A stretch of DNA of 62,689 bases, filler included, from Vannella sp. (lineage: Eukaryota): assembly GCA_023345925.1 (NCBI GenBank). It is 4 parts of 4 records of this genome, joined end to end, with 100 filler letters (N's around TTAATTAATTAA, not from the genome) between each part and the next. Parts side by side here need not be neighbours in the genome. Positions count along the whole stretch, not along the records: positions 42,494 to 62,689 come from JAJQQN010001236.1; 3 more parts are not named here. One strand, given 5' to 3'. This document shows positions 57,774-62,689 of the stretch, piece after piece. The notes beneath the pieces are model-generated. The model saw only the letters and a program-made list of their open reading frames with translations, had not been told where the DNA came from and did not search any database. The number at the start of each line of letters is the position of its first letter. Positions within the stretch are counted from its first letter, which is position 1. The translations under genes were made by a program, and so were the position numbers.

Positions 57774-58663
57774 ATGGGGGACACGAAGAATGAGGCGAGG
57801 AAGAGGTGGAAGGCGTTGGAGAGCAATCCAGAGGTGATGACCGACTTTGCAAGGCAGTTGGGACTGAAAGAAGTGAGTGTGGAAGACGAAAAGCCAGTCT
57901 GTTGACCCCTCCAAGGCTTGGGCCTTCTCTGACATCTTCGGGTTGGACGCGGACCTGTTGGCGATGGTCCCTCAGCCTTGCATAGCTGTCATACTTCTGT
58001 TTCCGTCAAACAAGAAGGTACTCCTCCCTTCCAGGTCCCTTCAGGCCCATCTCATCGCCAGTCGTAGACTTCCACTCCTGTTTCCGCCCCACCTGCGGAT
58101 CTCTTCTATCTTTCGCAGATCCCTGAGTTGGGGAACGCATGCGGGACTATCGCTATGATCCATTCCTTTGCTAATAACCTCCATACGCTCCACTTTGGTG
58201 AGTTTCTCTCGCCAGGTGGGGTCTCTGTCACTTCTGATAGCTTTGAATGGTAGACGAAGGTTCTCCTTTGCATAGACTGGTCCAAGAGCTGAAGGAGGAG
58301 TCGCCATTCCGCCGTGGCGAGCTGCTGAACCAGCATGAGGAGATGAACAACCTCCATAACAGCATGGCGAGCGAAGGGCAGACCGCTGTGGAGGAAGGGA
58401 AGGTCAGCCATCACTTCATCTGCTTCATCCAACACGGAGAGAGTCTGTGGGAGCTTGACGGCACCAAAGCAGGTCCGATAGACCACGGCCCTCTGGGATC
58501 CTCCTCCCTTCTGGAGGTTCGTCCCCCCTCGACAACCAATAGAAGACAGCACTAACTCGCCAGACAGGCTGCCGCTCTGAAGATCCAGGAAGAGTACATC
58601 TCCGCCAACCCGGACGTTCTCGAGTTTGCCATGGCCGCGCTCTCCCCTCCTGCACAATGGTGA
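57774..58663 (+). CDS. Ubiquitin C-terminal hydrolase (peptidase C12, UCHL1/3-like), multi-exon
   Basis: WKALESNPEV, DIFGLDADLLAMVPQP, GNACGTIAMIH, HHFICF, ELDG (catalytic C, H, D present). Confidence 0.92.
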
Positions 58664-58960
58664 TGCCTCTCAGTGCAAGTTGAGCGATAAACAAGAGACT
58701 GCTCCTCACAGGGACGCTGGCAACTCTCATTTCAAGGCCGCCTGGAAGGGAGGGGGTAGGAAGGAACCCGCTTATCTCTGACTGTGAGCGATGCTGTGCA
58801 GCAGGAGTGAGTAGAAGGGCTGATAGATTGCCACGCTACGCATTGAGCTTGCGCTAAGGGGCCTCGAAGGCCGTTGGTGGAAGCTTCTGGAAGAAGAAGG
58901 GGCGGATCTCTGATTTTCCGCTTTCACTCGCTCTTCCCCGCTCTGTCTCACACTCTCTGC

Positions 58961-61264
58961 ATGGATCCTGACTGGTACAAAGACTGGCTGGTTCCTGGTG
59001 AGGATCCAAGCCTCCTGGTGGCTGCACAACAGCCAGGAGCGTGGGCAGATGTGTGGGCGATGGTCCAGACCTACTGCGAGGGGTGGAAAGACTCTCCTTT
59101 GGACATAGGTACCTTCTTCCTATGCTTGGCAGCGTTCTCTCAGCCTCTGAAAGGCCGACGCGACGCCGTCTTTCAGGAGAAGCTGATTCTCACTGCCTAC
59201 CATTACAGCCACTTCGCCTTTGCTGCGTACCAGCCTAGCCGGAAGAAGGTACTCCACAGCTTGCCGTTCCTCCTTGAGGACGACTTTGTGGCGGGCGAAT
59301 GGGACCCGGAAGCTCTGGGACCAGCTCCTGGGTGGTGCGTTGTCCTTGATCATGACCAGAAAGCTGTTGTTCTCTCTCTGCGAGGCACCAAAGTACTGGG
59401 GGATCTTCTGGTTGACTTGGCATCGAGGTTCGTGCCCTGGCGAGGAGGATTCGTCCATCAGGGCTTTCGCAAGTCCATGAACAGAGTGGAACCCATGGTC
59501 CTTCCTCATCTCCATGAGCAGATGACCTTATTTCCCTCCTACAGGGTGCGAGTGGCTGGCCATAGCATGGGAGCAGCGGTGGGAGCACTCTTGTGCATCA
59601 AATGGCGCGAGATTTACCCTCTCTGGGAGGTCAAAGGGTACGGCTTTGCTACTCCTTGCTGCGTGTCTGCCGGTTTGGCAAGAGAAAGCGAGACATTCTT
59701 CACTACATTCGTCCATCACTTCGATGCGGTCGCGCGCCTCTCCATGGGCTCTCTTCAGGACCTCCACAACGGCATGAGACTCTTTTCTTCCCGTATTGGA
59801 GCTCACCATGACACTGTCGCTATCTTTCGTGCGGTACAGTACTTGGCAACGGGCCATTTGGCTCAGGAGATCAAGCAAGTGATGGAGGAGATTGACTTGA
59901 TGATTGTCAGTTCTATTGCATTGCAGATTGGGGGGACAGAGAAGCCAACGCATCTCTTTCCGGCGGGAAGAACCTTTCAGCTTTGGAAGGAGAAGCGTGG
60001 CCATCATTTCGACACTTGGCAAATGTACCAAAGTACTCTGACGGATTACGGTCGGCTTTGCTTTACGTCAACGATGTTTCGGGATCACTTGTCTGCCAGT
60101 TATATCGGCGCCTTTGAGAATATGCTCTCTATCTCAGTGGCAGAGCAGAGAATCTATCTGACATTGAATAAGACAAGGCGACAGGATGTCAGGGAGTATT
60201 GGGCTTCTTGGCCATGCGGTGATGTCTTTGATGAGGCGTTTGATTGGAGGCCTGCTTTGGAAGAAATGAAACGCTGCTCCAAGTTCTCGAAGCGGGCTAT
60301 GAAAGCGGGACTCGTCCGCCCTTTCCTCCTTCTGGTTTCGATGTCGCCAAAGCGGCGGGCTGCTGTCTCACATCTGATGGGGGCTTCTTTGGCAGAAATG
60401 TGGTGGTATCGAGAGTTTGACAGCCACCACGAAGCTTGGCACATTCTCACGTACCATTTGAAAGGTTTACAACCTCGCAGCAGTTCTGTTCTCCGAAAAA
60501 CGAACCCTCTGGCGCACTCGAGTGACTGGTGGATGATTCTATTCAGCTGTGGACACAAAGTTGAGTCTTCTCAGACCAATTACATTCCGAAAGATGTCAA
60601 GCGCCTTCTCAAACACAAGAAGAAGCGCTTTGGAACGTCCATTCATCAATGCCAAGACCCGCATAACCTTGAAATGATGCAATTAGAGGAGACCATTCAC
60701 CTGCTGTTCCTCAGTCTCACAGACCCAGATGTATCCGACCAGGCCAGTCTGCTTCAGAATGAGAATGATCCTGGGGAAGGAGTTCCTCCGGATGAGGCCA
60801 AAGAGAGTGCACAGAGAAGTCAATACTTGGAGCAAAAGAGGACCTTTCAGGATGACCCAATCTATCACAGCACGGTTCAGCTCTTGATGAAGCGAGGATA
60901 CACGCTTCAGATGCTCATTCACAAGCTAGCTGTGCAACGAGCACAAGAGTCCATCTCCAAGAAGGCCAATGAGATGTACGCTTTCGGTGATGCGATGAGA
61001 AAGCGGGAAGAGAGATGGCTGGCAGGTGGGTCTCTTGGTATGTCTGGATTGGCTGTGTTGAGTGGAGTTCTATTGCTGTCAATACCTGCCATTCTCAGTA
61101 CGTTCCCTCCCCTGGTTGTCATTCCTGTTGCCTTGGGAGCGATTGTCGCGCTGTTTGCTTTGCAGTCAACACCTTCCGGGCTTATCTCTGTTGTCGCTGC
61201 CTGTTTAGAGCAACGGCTTGCCCTTTCCTACCACGGCATCGACATCGATTCATTCTACAAGTAG
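58961..61264 (+). CDS. Lipase class 3 (diacylglycerol-lipase-like) with a C-terminal hydrophobic region
   Basis: VVLSLRGT..DLLVDL, VHQGF, GHSMGA nucleophile elbow, DAVARLS, DH. Confidence 0.88.
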   Translation: MDPDWYKDWLVPGEDPSLLVAAQQPGAWADVWAMVQTYCEGWKDSPLDIGTFFLCLAAFSQPLKGRRDAVFQEKLILTAYHYSHFAFAAYQPSRKKVLHSLPFLLEDDFVAGEWDPEALGPAPGWCVVLDHDQKAVVLSLRGTKVLGDLLVDLASRFVPWRGGFVHQGFRKSMNRVEPMVLPHLHEQMTLFPSYRVRVAGHSMGAAVGALLCIKWREIYPLWEVKGYGFATPCCVSAGLARESETFFTTFVHHFDAVARLSMGSLQDLHNGMRLFSSRIGAHHDTVAIFRAVQYLATGHLAQEIKQVMEEIDLMIVSSIALQIGGTEKPTHLFPAGRTFQLWKEKRGHHFDTWQMYQSTLTDYGRLCFTSTMFRDHLSASYIGAFENMLSISVAEQRIYLTLNKTRRQDVREYWASWPCGDVFDEAFDWRPALEEMKRCSKFSKRAMKAGLVRPFLLLVSMSPKRRAAVSHLMGASLAEMWWYREFDSHHEAWHILTYHLKGLQPRSSSVLRKTNPLAHSSDWWMILFSCGHKVESSQTNYIPKDVKRLLKHKKKRFGTSIHQCQDPHNLEMMQLEETIHLLFLSLTDPDVSDQASLLQNENDPGEGVPPDEAKESAQRSQYLEQKRTFQDDPIYHSTVQLLMKRGYTLQMLIHKLAVQRAQESISKKANEMYAFGDAMRKREERWLAGGSLGMSGLAVLSGVLLLSIPAILSTFPPLVVIPVALGAIVALFALQSTPSGLISVVAACLEQRLALSYHGIDIDSFYK

Positions 61265-61702
61265 AACAGTTCCCACAAAAAGTCTTCTTCTCGATCTTTT
61301 GAAGTGAAAGCGCTCTCTGCCCGCCTTTACACTTGGCCACTTGATTGGCAACAAAGCAGAGTGAAGAAAGAATGGAAAGGATCCAAGAAAGATCATTTCC
61401 TGTCAGGTCAAGCGGCGGGATGTGGGTTTGGGTGCTGCTTGGAGTGGGTTTGGTGGTGGTGGGGACCGTGTGATGGGAGCCACGTGTTTATTGAGGATGC
61501 TGGTTCCGGATTCTTTCCAGGATTCCTCTGTTTCAAATCATTCACAATCAATCAACACTGTTGGGACAAGGAGAAACATGTTGCGACTTCGAATAGCCCC
61601 ATTCACAGCAGTGACATCCCCCATATCTCCCATGTATGAGACTTGGTTTTGGGAAGCTTAGCTTAGCAGAAGTGAACTGGGATTTGGGAAGCTTTGGGGA
61701 GT

Positions 61703-62686
61703 TTAGTTAAAGTTAACTGGGTTTTGGGAAGCTTTGCGGAGTTTGGCAAATGGATGAACGCTTTCGTGAAAGGGTTTTGTGGACTGGATTGCTTCACAAG
61801 CACTGCAAAGGTCGTAGTCACGGCATGAAATGCACTTGTAGCGGATACCTCTGATTTGAATCTGACAATGATCACACAAAGCAGAGTGAACCACTTCTGC
61901 ATCTCCAAGAGGTGCAGATTCCACTTTTGGAACATCTGATTCTTGCTCCGGCTTGAGTCCAGGCTCTGGCACAACTTCGGAATATCCTGCCAACCTCTCT
62001 ACCAAAGCGCGTTGGGATGCTGTCATCTTTCTCGCCTCCTCTAATAGGTCCTCCAAAGACACATCAGATCTAACGAACTTTTCGAACTCCCAACGGGTCA
62101 TACCACTCATGGAAGTGCCCAGTTCCTCGATATACTCGAAAGGATCGAAGGAGAGTTCCCTTCCAGCGATTTGATTGAGGATCTCTTGATTATCGCCGTG
62201 TTGAAAGATGATCAGATGTCGGGAAGGCGATGAAGTTAGAAAGGCAGAGAGATGCTCATCTGAATCGATCTCCTTCTCTTCATTGTCTGCAAGGATGAAT
62301 AGCCCGGGACAGATGTTGTCGTAGATGTATGATCGGATCTGGTTCAGGGTGGAGGTGGGATCAATCGGGAAGAATCCCGTGCTTTCCGGATTCAATGCGT
62401 GGGGCTCTCGCTCTTCTGGGTCTTCGGGATCATTAATCTCGAACATGAAAGGGTTGAGATGTGGGGTGCTACCAGGGCGCAAGATATCTTGCTCGTAGGG
62501 ATGAGGAGCTGGTTCGCGTTCTGACTCATCTTCATCGTCATAGTAGGGACTTGGTTCATTGTAATCGTCATCTCCATCCTCATTGTCGTCGACATCGCCA
62601 TTGGAGTCTTCGGAATCCTCGGGACCATCAAAGTCAGGGGGAGCCCATCTTCTAGACGGCCTCGGAGGGGGTTTCTTCTTGGCCAT
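61703..62686 (-). CDS. ZZ-type zinc-finger protein with an acidic N-terminus
   Basis: HSALCDHCQIQIRGIRYKCISCRDYDLCSACE..FHESVHPF. Confidence 0.85.
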   Translation of the reverse strand: MAKKKPPPRPSRRWAPPDFDGPEDSEDSNGDVDDNEDGDDDYNEPSPYYDDEDESEREPAPHPYEQDILRPGSTPHLNPFMFEINDPEDPEEREPHALNPESTGFFPIDPTSTLNQIRSYIYDNICPGLFILADNEEKEIDSDEHLSAFLTSSPSRHLIIFQHGDNQEILNQIAGRELSFDPFEYIEELGTSMSGMTRWEFEKFVRSDVSLEDLLEEARKMTASQRALVERLAGYSEVVPEPGLKPEQESDVPKVESAPLGDAEVVHSALCDHCQIQIRGIRYKCISCRDYDLCSACEAIQSTKPFHESVHPFAKLRKASQNPVNFN

Positions 62687-62689
62687 AAT

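Overview
Gene-dense eukaryotic (protist-like; an amoebozoan is a plausible but unproven guess from gene content) scaffold made of four contigs joined by 100-nt artificial spacers (N-TTAATTAATTAA-N). It holds about 40 protein-coding genes with very short intergenic spacers and short GT-AG introns (mostly ~35-65 nt, with a CTRAC/CTCAC-type branch point), so the ORF track fragments many genes and misses some (RPB10, a GATA factor). Most genes are housekeeping or signalling genes (RsmE, MutS/MSH1, RPC11, RPB10, LEO1, NDC1, APC11, RPF2, EMC6, USE1, WDHD1/Ctf4, UCH, PRMT, RhoGEF, RasGAP, a Cdc7/Cdc15-like kinase, a gelsolin/villin protein). The standout is at 12331-14983. What looks like a 1.4-kb ORF-free desert resolves into an ankyrin-repeat/coiled-coil/SAM-like gene. 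Its two inter-repeat beta-hairpin loops are each encoded by an array of eight phase-0 micro-exons, 15 of them single codons (AG|NNN|GT or GC) and one of 9 nt. This layout could combinatorially diversify the binding loops by exon skipping; no transcript data were available to test it. A second notable gene fuses a catalytically degenerate malate-synthase-like domain to allantoicase. All domain calls come from motif recognition by eye, not database searches.
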